This document shows positions 38,035-47,254 of a stretch of DNA of 64,000 nucleotides, in pieces. The stretch covers positions 87,682 to 151,681 of the IMG/VR virus record IMGVR_UViG_3300046171_000193; one strand, given 5' to 3'. A model generated the notes under the pieces. It saw only the letters and a program-made list of their open reading frames with translations, ran no database searches and was not told the origin of the DNA. This DNA is from a virus. The translations under genes and the position numbers were made by a program. Every line of letters starts with the position of its first letter. Position 1 is the first letter of the stretch.

Positions 38035-40545
38035 TTGTCATTTTATACATCAGTCAATCGCTATGGGTCTCAGATCCTATATTGTGGCTATAACGACAAT
38101 GGCGTACGTGTCGAAAAGAAAATAAAGTTTGCGCCCACACTTTTTATTCCAAGTAAAAATAAAAATACCGAGTGGCTTGCCCTTGATGGCACGCCAGTAG
38201 AACCTTTAGGTTTTCCCACAATGAGGGATGCCAAGAATTTTGTAGATCAATACAAAGATGTTGATGGTATGAAAGTCTATGGCAATACTAATTATATTCA
38301 TCAATGCATTACAGACATGTTTCCGGAAGAAATTAAGTTTAAACCAAGTCAAGTAAATGTTGTAAACTTTGATATTGAGGTTGCTTCTGACGATGGCTTT
38401 CCAAAACCAGAAGAAGCAATTCAGCCAATTATTTCTATTGCTTTAAAATCAAGTCAGTCATCAATATATCACGTTTGGGGTTTAGGAGATTACGATTATG
38501 AAAAATGTAATATTGAAATGCATGGCGATCTTATACAATATCGTAAGTTCGATACCGAAGAAGCTTTATTGGCTAGCTTCCATAAGTTTTGGTGCGCTAA
38601 CAGGCCGGACATCGTCACTGGTTGGAACAGTCGCTTTTTCGATATTCCTTACCTTATTAATCGCATCGCACGTATTGGAACTATTGAAGCCGTAAAAAGA
38701 TTATCACCATGGAATATGGTAAACGAACGTAATACAGAAATTACTGGCCGTACACAGTATGGCTATGAGATTGTTGGCATACAACAAGCCGACTATCTCG
38801 AACTATTTAAGAAATTTGGTTATTCATATGGCGCACAAGAATCATACAAGCTTGATCACATTGCTCACGTTGTTCTCGGTGAAAAGAAGTTATCTTACGA
38901 AGAACATGGCAATCTATATACCCTGTATAAAGAAGATCATCAAAAGTTTATAGACTATAATATCAAAGACGTTCAGCTCGTCAATCGCATCGAAGAAAAG
39001 ATGGGGCTTATTCAGCTGGCACAGACTATGGCATATCGTGGCGGTGTTAATCTCCAAGATACATTCGGCACTACGGCCATATGGGATTCTATTATCTATC
39101 GCGAGCTTAACAAGAAAAAGATTGCCATACCACCTAACTATGAAAAGATTAAGAATCCGTATCCAGGCGGTTATGTAAAAGAGCCACAAGTTGGTTTACA
39201 TGATTGGGTTGTATCTTTCGATCTTAATTCTCTGTATCCAAACCTAATTGTACAATACAATATGTCACCAGAGACTCTTGTGGGTCAGACAGAGCGATCT
39301 GGTGTCGATCACTATCTTAACATAGACGGTAAAGTTTCGTCTGAACATTCTGTTGCTGCAAATGGTTCAACATATCGTAAAGACTTTCAAGGCATTTTAC
39401 CTAAGATTATTGAAGCATATTATGCTGAGCGTACGCAAATTAAAAAAGAAATGCTGAGTATCGAGCAAGAGTATCAGAAAAACAAAACGGTTGAACTCGA
39501 GCGAGAGATTAATCGATATAACAATCGCCAAATGGCTATTAAAATTCTACTTAATTCTCTCTATGGCGCGCTCGGTAATAAATACTTTAGATACTTTGAT
39601 ATGCGTATGGCCGAAGGTATTACCCTATCAGGCCAGTTATCAGTCATATGGGCCGAAAGAGCCATTAACAAGGAGATGAACAATGTTCTCAAAACTAGAG
39701 ACGTGGACTACGTTATTGCGATTGATACTGATTCTCTCTATATTAACATGGGCGCTTTGGTAGAACAATTTAAACCTAAAGATCCAGTCAAGTTTCTTGA
39801 TCAGATATGCTCAGACCATTTTGAAAAGATATTAACTAAATCGTATGCCAAATTGTTTGACAAGATGAATGCATATAAACCTCGTATGGAGATGGGCCGA
39901 GAAGTCATTGCTGATCGTGGTATCTGGACTGCAAAGAAGCGTTACATTTTAAACGTGCACAATTCTGAAGGAGTTCAATACGCTGAACCAAAGCTTAAGA
40001 TCATGGGCATTGAAGCCATTAAGTCTTCAACTCCAGAGGTTGTACGCGATAAGTTTAAGAAGGCATTTAAGATTATTATAAGCGGTAACGAGAAAGACAC
40101 ACAACAATTTATTACCAACTTCTATAATGAGTTTAGGTCTCTTCCACCTGAAAACATTTCTTTCCCACGTGGTGCACGTGAAGTAACTAAGTGGGCAACA
40201 AAAAAAGGTGAAAAAATCGCATATAAAAAGGGAACGCCTATTCACATCCGTGGCAGTTTGTTGTATAATGGTCTTATCGATAAATATAATTTACATAAGA
40301 AATATGCCAAGATTCAGAATGGCGAGAAGGTAAAGTTTTGTTATCTCAGGACACCTAATCCAATTCATGAAAATGTGATTGCGTTTCCTGATTACTTGCC
40401 AAAAGAATTTGGCTTAGAAAAATATGTGGATTATGACTTACAGTTTTCTAAAACGTTTAGCGATCCGCTTAAACCGATTTTAGATCCGACTGGATGGTTT
40501 ATTAATTATGATAACTCAAACACGTTGGAGGAATTCTTTGTATGA
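38035..40545 (+). CDS. gp43: family B DNA polymerase gp43
   Basis: DIE exonuclease, SFDLNSLYP, KILLNSLYGALGN, IDTDS, KKRY; GGAGG RBS with TTG start. Confidence 0.97.
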   Translation: MSFYTSVNRYGSQILYCGYNDNGVRVEKKIKFAPTLFIPSKNKNTEWLALDGTPVEPLGFPTMRDAKNFVDQYKDVDGMKVYGNTNYIHQCITDMFPEEIKFKPSQVNVVNFDIEVASDDGFPKPEEAIQPIISIALKSSQSSIYHVWGLGDYDYEKCNIEMHGDLIQYRKFDTEEALLASFHKFWCANRPDIVTGWNSRFFDIPYLINRIARIGTIEAVKRLSPWNMVNERNTEITGRTQYGYEIVGIQQADYLELFKKFGYSYGAQESYKLDHIAHVVLGEKKLSYEEHGNLYTLYKEDHQKFIDYNIKDVQLVNRIEEKMGLIQLAQTMAYRGGVNLQDTFGTTAIWDSIIYRELNKKKIAIPPNYEKIKNPYPGGYVKEPQVGLHDWVVSFDLNSLYPNLIVQYNMSPETLVGQTERSGVDHYLNIDGKVSSEHSVAANGSTYRKDFQGILPKIIEAYYAERTQIKKEMLSIEQEYQKNKTVELEREINRYNNRQMAIKILLNSLYGALGNKYFRYFDMRMAEGITLSGQLSVIWAERAINKEMNNVLKTRDVDYVIAIDTDSLYINMGALVEQFKPKDPVKFLDQICSDHFEKILTKSYAKLFDKMNAYKPRMEMGREVIADRGIWTAKKRYILNVHNSEGVQYAEPKLKIMGIEAIKSSTPEVVRDKFKKAFKIIISGNEKDTQQFITNFYNEFRSLPPENISFPRGAREVTKWATKKGEKIAYKKGTPIHIRGSLLYNGLIDKYNLHKKYAKIQNGEKVKFCYLRTPNPIHENVIAFPDYLPKEFGLEKYVDYDLQFSKTFSDPLKPILDPTGWFINYDNSNTLEEFFV

Positions 40546-40751
40546 CAAACTGGCTAAAAAGACTTTTGTATGACAAGTACGAAGTCACAATATGGTTTAC
40601 AGAAGATGGCAAGAAAACTAAAAGTTTCTTTGAATTAACTGAACTAAATAAGATTGACCAAACATCTTTGCGCGGTAGAGATATGGATGGTCGTAAAATT
40701 AATATCAAGACTACCGAGAAATTTGATTATCAAGTGAGGAAAATATACTAA
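40542..40751 (+). CDS. hypothetical protein
   Basis: Coupled 69 aa ORF. Confidence 0.55.
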   Translation: MTNWLKRLLYDKYEVTIWFTEDGKKTKSFFELTELNKIDQTSLRGRDMDGRKINIKTTEKFDYQVRKIY

Positions 40752-41161
40752 TGAGTGATTGGGCTAATGACATTTATATGATGCATAATAAGTTTGGCGT
40801 CAAAGAATGGTTCGAAAAAAATAAAGATGATAAAGATCTCATGCGGAAATATATTATGTTTCGTATGCTTATGATCGGTGAAGAATATCAAGAAACATTA
40901 TCTGCTATTAATAACTCTGACGCTGAAGAAGTTGTTGATGGTTTGATTGACATGTGTGTCTTTGCTATCGGCACTCTTGATGTTATGGGAGTAGATGCTA
41001 ATAAAGCATGGGACAAAGTCTATGAAGCTAATATGGCTAAGACACCAGGTGTGAAAGTTGGTAGACCAAATAAATTCGGTTTGCCTGATTTAATTAAACC
41101 TGCCGGATGGCAAGGTCCTGATCATGATGGAAACCATGGCGATATCCCTAACACTATTTAA
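40751..41161 (+). CDS. MazG-like all-alpha NTP pyrophosphohydrolase (candidate dCTPase/dUTPase)
   Basis: EEYQE...EEVVDGLID acidic motif, VYEANMAK, LIKPAGW. Confidence 0.8.
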   Translation: MSDWANDIYMMHNKFGVKEWFEKNKDDKDLMRKYIMFRMLMIGEEYQETLSAINNSDAEEVVDGLIDMCVFAIGTLDVMGVDANKAWDKVYEANMAKTPGVKVGRPNKFGLPDLIKPAGWQGPDHDGNHGDIPNTI

Positions 41162-42065
41162 AAGCGTCTTTGATAATAAGACGCATCGTAGAATGGACTT
41201 CGAAGACTGGCAACAGTTCTCGGAGCTTTTCTACAAACTGTCTAAACAACCTTTGAAGGGAAAGAAAGATGCGCAACTTATATCACCAGCTGTATACGTT
41301 CCTGATACAACTAGGGCCAACAAGAATGTGGATGCTTGGGCAGGTTGGGCTGCTATTGATGTTGATGATCACGCTTTTAAAGGCAAACTAGAAGATGAAC
41401 TTAATGAGCGCTTTGGTAATTACACATATGTGTGTTATAGTACCGCTAGTAGCACTCATGAATTTCCAAAGTTTCGTGTGGTTTTCCCGCTTAAAAGTTC
41501 GGTTGAGCAAGATAAGATCAAGCACTTCTGGTATGCGCTCAACTCAGAGCTTGGTAACATGGCAGACAAACAGACTAAAGACTTATCTCGTATGTATTAT
41601 ATTCCTGCAACTTACGATAACGCTTATAACTTCATCTTCTCTAATGATAATGGCGAATATGTTGATCCAGCCAAACTCATGGGAAAATATGAGTATGCAC
41701 AAAAATCAAGCAAAAACTTTATCGACAGACTCCCTGAAGCTTTACAAAAACAAGTTCTTGAACACAAAAAATCAAAACTAGATAATACAAATATAGTATG
41801 GACAAGTTATCGTGACTGCCCTTTCTGGCCAAAGAAATTAGCTAGCGAATACCAGATTATATCTAATACAGGTTGGTATCATAAAATGTATCAGATAATG
41901 GTTGCGGTTGCGGCAAGAGCTGTTGAACGACAGTATCCAATCACATCACATGAGATAACTAATCTATGTCGAGAGTTTGATATGGGAACCGGTAACTGGT
42001 ATGAGAATCGTCCTATGGACGTAGAAGCAGATAGGGCATTAGAATATGTGTACAAAAACATTTAA
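41136..42065 (+). CDS. primase-polymerase (AEP-like) protein
   Basis: LISPA, WAAIDVD (DxD), YSTASS...PKFRVVFPL, SRMYYIP, helical C-terminal domain. Confidence 0.6.
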   Translation: MAISLTLFKSVFDNKTHRRMDFEDWQQFSELFYKLSKQPLKGKKDAQLISPAVYVPDTTRANKNVDAWAGWAAIDVDDHAFKGKLEDELNERFGNYTYVCYSTASSTHEFPKFRVVFPLKSSVEQDKIKHFWYALNSELGNMADKQTKDLSRMYYIPATYDNAYNFIFSNDNGEYVDPAKLMGKYEYAQKSSKNFIDRLPEALQKQVLEHKKSKLDNTNIVWTSYRDCPFWPKKLASEYQIISNTGWYHKMYQIMVAVAARAVERQYPITSHEITNLCREFDMGTGNWYENRPMDVEADRALEYVYKNI

Positions 42066-42077
42066 ATGTGTTATAAT
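42049..42077 (+). promoter_or_regulatory. early promoter TGTACA-N17-TATAAT heading the DNA-modification locus
   Basis: Recurring motif. Confidence 0.75.
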
Positions 42078-42097
42078 AGAATGAGAAAGGATATATT

Positions 42098-42415
42098 ATG
42101 AAAACAAAAACTATGTTCGAAAAAACAAAAGATGGCAGCTATCAGGGATTTAATTTTTATCACCTTAATAAAACCGGAGAATATCAATTACGTTTTTACG
42201 TTGATAACTATTTTGGTAAAAAAGGCAAAAAGTATAATCAATGGTGTGGTAGTGGATGTCGATTTAATACACGGTGCGAAGCAATGGATTTCGGAATATT
42301 CGTATGTAAGAATCTTAAAACCTCAAAAGATTTTACTGTAATCAGAGATTTCTTAACAAGTAATGCAAAATTTTTAAAATCTACGTCTATTGACTTAATG
42401 GAGTTCGCAGCATGA
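42098..42415 (+). CDS. hypothetical protein
   Basis: 105 aa ORF with AAGGA RBS. Confidence 0.55.
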   Translation: MKTKTMFEKTKDGSYQGFNFYHLNKTGEYQLRFYVDNYFGKKGKKYNQWCGSGCRFNTRCEAMDFGIFVCKNLKTSKDFTVIRDFLTSNAKFLKSTSIDLMEFAA

Positions 42416-42756
42416 AAGAATCACTAAAAGTCCTGCAAGAATGTGCAGAAATTCAAGCAAGAAAATCTAACGACTATCAGAACGAAAACTCACGTATTCG
42501 TCAAGCTGATTATTATCCACGTGGCGTTATGTCAATCATGGAATTGATTAACACAAAGACTATTCGTCTATGGTCTGTACTCGAAGCTATGGAAAATGAT
42601 CCTAACTATGAGCCTAACTTTGAAGGTGTCGAAGACTCGCTCAAAGATCTAATTAATTATTCTTCTTTTGCTGTTGCGTATGCCCGCGGTAAGATTGACG
42701 GTCAAGATCCTAACAGAGATTTTTTAAATAGGGCAAAGAAAAATGACGAAGTATGA
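42412..42756 (+). CDS. nucleotide modification associated domain 1 (Nmad1/DUF1599-like)
   Basis: IQARKSNDY...KTIRL...EGVEDSLKDLINYS pattern. Confidence 0.7.
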   Translation: MKESLKVLQECAEIQARKSNDYQNENSRIRQADYYPRGVMSIMELINTKTIRLWSVLEAMENDPNYEPNFEGVEDSLKDLINYSSFAVAYARGKIDGQDPNRDFLNRAKKNDEV

Positions 42757-42946
42757 AGAAATAGATTTATTAAAAAGAAATATTCAGGATTTGCAAAGAC
42801 AATTACAGGATGCTTATATTAGAATCAAGGAATTAACTGGTGAGATTCCTGATGGAACTGGTCATGGTCCAGCTATTGTAGATGATGGGTGGGCAGATGA
42901 AACTGATATTCAAATCATGTCTACTAGTAGAGGGCACAACCAATAA
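42743..42946 (+). CDS. hypothetical coiled-coil protein
   Basis: Coupled ORF. Confidence 0.5.
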   Translation: MTKYEEIDLLKRNIQDLQRQLQDAYIRIKELTGEIPDGTGHGPAIVDDGWADETDIQIMSTSRGHNQ

Positions 42947-43731
42947 TGTTAAGAGTTATTGCTGGACCATGTCAACACGAATCGCTAGAGCAATCAATGG
43001 AGATTGCCAAGCATTGTAAAGATGTATGCGATAAGTATGATATTGAATACATCTTTAAAGCTAGTTTTGATAAGGCAAATAGAACATCTCTTAATGGTGA
43101 ACGAGGACCAGGACTGGTGCCAACAGCACATAGTTTTGTAGATATTAAACAAGAGATTCCTGGATTAAAAACATTAACAGATGTTCATAGTGTTGAACAA
43201 ATCAGAACGATTAGAGATCAGTTTAATTATTGCATTGATGTGTTACAGATACCAGCATTCTTATGTAGACAAACCGATATAATTAGAGAAGCTTGTCGTA
43301 CAGATAAGATAGTTAATATTAAGAAAGGCCAGTTCTTGGCACCTTGGGATGTGGCTGGCATTCTAAGTAAAACAAAAGATGCTAAAGAAGTCTGGATAAC
43401 AGAAAGAGGAACGAGTTTTGGTTATAATAATCTTGTTGTTGATTTTAATGGTTTGCAGTACATGCTTGATAACTATAGCGTTCCGATTGTATTTGATGCA
43501 ACACACTCGTGCCAGAAACCTGGTGGAAGCGGTGAAAGTTCAGGTGGCAATCGTGCTTGGGTCCCAGGGCTTACTCGTGCTGCTTCTGCTATGGGTGTAT
43601 CTAACTTCTTCTTAGAAGTACATCCAGATCCAGATAACGCACCAAGTGATGGACCCAACATGTTACGACTAGATAATTTTGAAGAGGTGATAAATGATAT
43701 CGACCGCTATTCTTATACCGGCTCGTTATGA
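42946..43731 (+). CDS. kdsA: KDO-8-phosphate synthase
   Basis: IAGPC, FKASFDKANRTS, QIPAFLCRQTD, KKGQFLAP, ERGTSFGY, DATHS, DGPN. Confidence 0.95.
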   Translation: MLRVIAGPCQHESLEQSMEIAKHCKDVCDKYDIEYIFKASFDKANRTSLNGERGPGLVPTAHSFVDIKQEIPGLKTLTDVHSVEQIRTIRDQFNYCIDVLQIPAFLCRQTDIIREACRTDKIVNIKKGQFLAPWDVAGILSKTKDAKEVWITERGTSFGYNNLVVDFNGLQYMLDNYSVPIVFDATHSCQKPGGSGESSGGNRAWVPGLTRAASAMGVSNFFLEVHPDPDNAPSDGPNMLRLDNFEEVINDIDRYSYTGSL

Positions 43732-44371
43732 GTCAAGTAGATTTCCAGGCAAACCACTCGTAGATCTTGGTGGTATGACTATGATCGAGCGTGTATATAA
43801 TACATGTATCGGAACAGGATTAGACACTTACATTCTTACTGATGATCTCCGTATTTTTGATTTGTTTGGTCCTCACAAATGCTGGATTGAGAAAGCAGAA
43901 TATGCAAACGGAACTGAAAGATGTTCTGGCGCATTAAGATGGAACGCCTTAAATCGGTATGATCAATTTATTAATGTCCAAGGTGATATGCCAGATGTAA
44001 CTGCCGATATGATTGAAAAAACCCGAATACAACTAATGAAGTATAAGGTATCAACAGTTTGTACAATGATGCCTGAAGAAGAACAGAACAACCCTAATTC
44101 CGTTAAATTAGTAAGAGGCAATGGTAAGTGCTTATGGTTTGGTAGGGGAATGACTGGTTATGGTGATTGGCATTTAGGCATATATGGTTATCAACGCGAA
44201 GCGTTACAATCATATTCAGACTTGATTGGTACTCGTGAAGAACAAGTTGAGCAATTAGAACAATTGCGTTGGCTGAAAAATGGCTGGGACATTAGTGTTC
44301 ATCCAGTAATATTTAACGGAATAGAAATTAACACACCAGAAGATGCAAGGAAATGGAATGATAGCAGGTAA
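43694..44371 (+). CDS. kdsB: CMP-KDO synthetase
   Basis: IPARYESSRFPGKPL, GTER, NVQGD, HLGIYGY, LEQLRWL. Confidence 0.92.
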   Translation: MISTAILIPARYESSRFPGKPLVDLGGMTMIERVYNTCIGTGLDTYILTDDLRIFDLFGPHKCWIEKAEYANGTERCSGALRWNALNRYDQFINVQGDMPDVTADMIEKTRIQLMKYKVSTVCTMMPEEEQNNPNSVKLVRGNGKCLWFGRGMTGYGDWHLGIYGYQREALQSYSDLIGTREEQVEQLEQLRWLKNGWDISVHPVIFNGIEINTPEDARKWNDSR

Positions 44372-44699
44372 AGTTTGGGGACAAACAGAACTCGTAGAAG
44401 CAAATGGAGCTTTAGAGTTTCATCGTATTGAGATGAATAAAGGCGGAGTATGCTCTAAACATCTTCATGAATTTAAGTGGAATGGTTTTTATGTTGAGTC
44501 AGGACAAATGCTTATTCGTGTCTGGCAAAATGATTACAATTTAATTGATGAAACTATTTTAAATCCAGGAGATTACACAAAAGTTAAGCCAGGTGTTTAT
44601 CATCAGTTTGAATGTTTAGAAGACGGTGTTGCATTTGAATTGTATTGGGCAGAATTTAATCATAACGATATTAAACGAGAAACAGTAGGCCACGCGTGA
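44358..44699 (+). CDS. cupin (sugar isomerase-like)
   Basis: GKVWGQT, CSKHLHEFKWN, PGVYHQF. Confidence 0.75.
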   Translation: MIAGKVWGQTELVEANGALEFHRIEMNKGGVCSKHLHEFKWNGFYVESGQMLIRVWQNDYNLIDETILNPGDYTKVKPGVYHQFECLEDGVAFELYWAEFNHNDIKRETVGHA

Positions 44700-45118
44700 A
44701 GGTAGGATTTACAGCATCTACATTTGATTTGCTTCATGCCGGTCATATTGCTATGCTCCGAGAAGCAAAATCAGTCTGTGACTATTTAATTTGTGGCTTA
44801 CAAATAGATCCCACGTTAGATAGGCCTAAGAAAAATAGTCCTGTTCAATCGATTGTAGAACGACAGGCTCAACTCGCTGCAATAAAATATGTCGATGAAG
44901 TAATTATTTATTGTACAGAATCAGAATTATGTGATATAATAAACATGTATCCAATTGATGTAAGGATATTGGGTGAAGAGTACAGAGATAAAGATTTTAC
45001 TGGTAAAGATGAATGTCGTAAACGTGGCATTCAACTTTACTTCAATAAACGAGACCATAGGTTCTCGACGTCTGATTTAAGGAAAAGAGTACAGTATGCA
45101 AATGACAGCAGTCCGTGA
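44696..45118 (+). CDS. cytidylyltransferase (TagD/glycerol-3-P cytidylyltransferase-like)
   Basis: STFDLLHAGH, RILGEEY, HRFSTSDLR. Confidence 0.85.
   Translation: MKVGFTASTFDLLHAGHIAMLREAKSVCDYLICGLQIDPTLDRPKKNSPVQSIVERQAQLAAIKYVDEVIIYCTESELCDIINMYPIDVRILGEEYRDKDFTGKDECRKRGIQLYFNKRDHRFSTSDLRKRVQYANDSSP
44912..44940 (+). promoter_or_regulatory. internal early promoter TGTACA-N17-TATAAT upstream of gp42
   Basis: Perfect match to the motif, inside the cytidylyltransferase CDS. Confidence 0.6.
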
Positions 45119-45779
45119 CATTCGACAATTTTTTATTGATGAATTAAAAGACGAAGCATTTACAATCGATAAGACCGGCGCCAAGACAATAGAGTTGATT
45201 GGCGCATCTTTCATTGCAGATGAACCGGCTATTTTTGGCGAAGTTAATTATGATTATGTCCAAGAAGAATTAGATTGGTATGACAGCCAGTCTACAAATA
45301 TTAATGACATTCGTGATGAACCACCACAAGCCTGGAAGTATGCTGCGAATAAGCATGGTGAAATTAATTCTAATTACGGACACCTTATCTTTTCAGACAA
45401 ATATTATAACCAATATGGCTGCGTGCTGGATGAATTACTAGAAAATCCTGACGGTCGACGTGCTTCCATGATTTACAATAGACCGTCTATTTGGATGGAG
45501 TATAATGAAAATGGAAAATCGGATTTTATTTGTACTAACAGCGTCACTTACTATATTCGTGATAATATATTACATTCTGTAGTTCAGATGCGTTCTAATG
45601 ATGTTGTGTTTGGTTATAAAAATGATTATGCATGGCAACGTGAGGTAATGAAAAGATTAGTCAGAGATTATAATGCTCTAAGTACTTACGACGCAAATAA
45701 CGTAATTGAAGAAGGACACATTACTTGGCAAGTACAAAACCTACACGTCTATGAAAGGCATTTTCACCTTGTCAACTAA
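45096..45779 (+). CDS. gp42: dCMP hydroxymethylase (T4 gp42 orthologue)
   Basis: DKTGAKTIELIGASFIADEP, GEINSNYG, SDFICTN (catalytic Cys), MRSNDVVFGYKNDYAWQ (Asp at the dCMP-specificity position), LHVYERHF. Confidence 0.9.
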   Translation: MQMTAVRDIRQFFIDELKDEAFTIDKTGAKTIELIGASFIADEPAIFGEVNYDYVQEELDWYDSQSTNINDIRDEPPQAWKYAANKHGEINSNYGHLIFSDKYYNQYGCVLDELLENPDGRRASMIYNRPSIWMEYNENGKSDFICTNSVTYYIRDNILHSVVQMRSNDVVFGYKNDYAWQREVMKRLVRDYNALSTYDANNVIEEGHITWQVQNLHVYERHFHLVN

Positions 45780-46206
45780 GTGGGATCATCGGTATTTAGA
45801 AGTAGCCAGAGTTGTAGGAACTTGGTCTAAAGATCCATCTACGCAGATCGGTGCGGTCGCTGTTGGACTTAAAGGTCAAATACTAGCACAAGGTTATAAT
45901 GGATTTGCACGAGGGATTCTTGACGATGTAGATAGGTACGAAGATAGACCGACTAAATACAAGTACATTGTTCATGCGGAACAAAACTTAATTTACAATG
46001 CAACTTACAATGGTGTGTCTTTAGACAAATCTATCTTATACGTAACAGGCTTACCGGTATGCTCTGAATGCGCTAAAGGAGTTATTCAGGTTGGTATACA
46101 AAGAGTTGTAATGCCTAAAGACTTTGACATTAAAGGATGGGGAGATTCATGGGAATTATCTGCATCTATGTTTAGAGAAGCCGGCGTTTTATATGAGTTT
46201 ATATAA
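45769..46206 (+). CDS. cd: dCMP deaminase
   Basis: WSKDPSTQIGAV, GYNG, HAEQN, PVCSEC; TTG start overlapping the gp42 end. Confidence 0.9.
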   Translation: MSTKWDHRYLEVARVVGTWSKDPSTQIGAVAVGLKGQILAQGYNGFARGILDDVDRYEDRPTKYKYIVHAEQNLIYNATYNGVSLDKSILYVTGLPVCSECAKGVIQVGIQRVVMPKDFDIKGWGDSWELSASMFREAGVLYEFI

Positions 46207-46301
46207 TGGATGATGAAGTATTATTGCTACTAGCTTTGATGGCAGTTATCTTTGGCGGTACGTTAATTATTAATTGGATATTTTGGGGAATAGCCGGATG
46301 A
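46206..46301 (+). CDS. 31-aa hydrophobic peptide
   Basis: TAATG and ATGA overlaps on both sides; single TM. Confidence 0.45.
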   Translation: MDDEVLLLLALMAVIFGGTLIINWIFWGIAG

Positions 46302-47254
46302 ACGTAATTACAAATCCTATATCAAATATTCCAAAGAATGAGAAGTCGCATGTTCATGGCTGGTCGCAGTTATGGCGTGATCAACTTAGTGCCTTTATTG
46401 ATCACAAATGTACTCCACAAATAACAAAAGCAGATGTTGTTTATATAGATCATGGTGCTAACTTTGGCGGCAGTTTAAATTTATTTGGCGGAGCTAATAA
46501 AGAAGTTTATGATAGAATTAATCTTGTAATGTCATGTTCTAATATTGTTTCTCTTGATTGGGATATGCCTGACTATGGGGCAATGTTAAAGAAAAGACTT
46601 TCTGCTGCGACAACCTATAAAGGTATTACGGACAAGTGGTGTGATTCTGTTTCTAAACGAATTAAAAGTATTACATCTCTTAAGCAGAAGGATTTAAAAA
46701 CCGATGGCATTATCTTTGGAGATTCACATACAATCGCTTACGGCGGGTCTGGCGATCGCGTGTACCGTACTGATGGTAAAACTTTATTTGGTACTATTCG
46801 AAGAGGATTACGTACTGAGATATCGGAATCAGTCGGATGCCTTACATTATGCATGGGCTCAATTGACATTAGGCATCATGTTTTACGTCACGGTGATTTT
46901 TCTCTTAGATATACAATCAAGGAATATGTAAGACAAGGCAATGAATTAGCTGACGATGTATGGTTTACAGCTCCAGTACCGGTAGAGTTTGAAGGCAGAC
47001 GTATACCTAAATCAGGATTTTATAAGAAGACTCCATTCTTTGGTTCATGGAAAGAACGTTGGGATCTTACTAACGAATTTATTGACGTACTTAATGATGA
47101 GTCTAAAGGCAAAGTTATTATGCCACCAAAAGAATGGTATATAATGGATCCTGAAAAATACGCAAATACTTATATGGAACACGGTTCTAGTTTTCATATA
47201 GCACCTCCGTATTATAGACGTAACGATTGGGGAGTATCACCTCTTGCCGCATAA
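46298..47254 (+). CDS. uncharacterised protein with SGNH-like C-terminal domain in the DNA-modification locus
   Basis: IFGDSH...G...DIRHH...ExxSSFHIAP; overlaps the PLP enzyme gene. Confidence 0.6.
   Translation: MNVITNPISNIPKNEKSHVHGWSQLWRDQLSAFIDHKCTPQITKADVVYIDHGANFGGSLNLFGGANKEVYDRINLVMSCSNIVSLDWDMPDYGAMLKKRLSAATTYKGITDKWCDSVSKRIKSITSLKQKDLKTDGIIFGDSHTIAYGGSGDRVYRTDGKTLFGTIRRGLRTEISESVGCLTLCMGSIDIRHHVLRHGDFSLRYTIKEYVRQGNELADDVWFTAPVPVEFEGRRIPKSGFYKKTPFFGSWKERWDLTNEFIDVLNDESKGKVIMPPKEWYIMDPEKYANTYMEHGSSFHIAPPYYRRNDWGVSPLAA

Noticed and set aside
45096-45779. Ordinary thymidylate synthase ThyA
   Set aside because: Sequence follows T4 gp42 throughout, has Asp at the specificity site, and ThyX is encoded separately.
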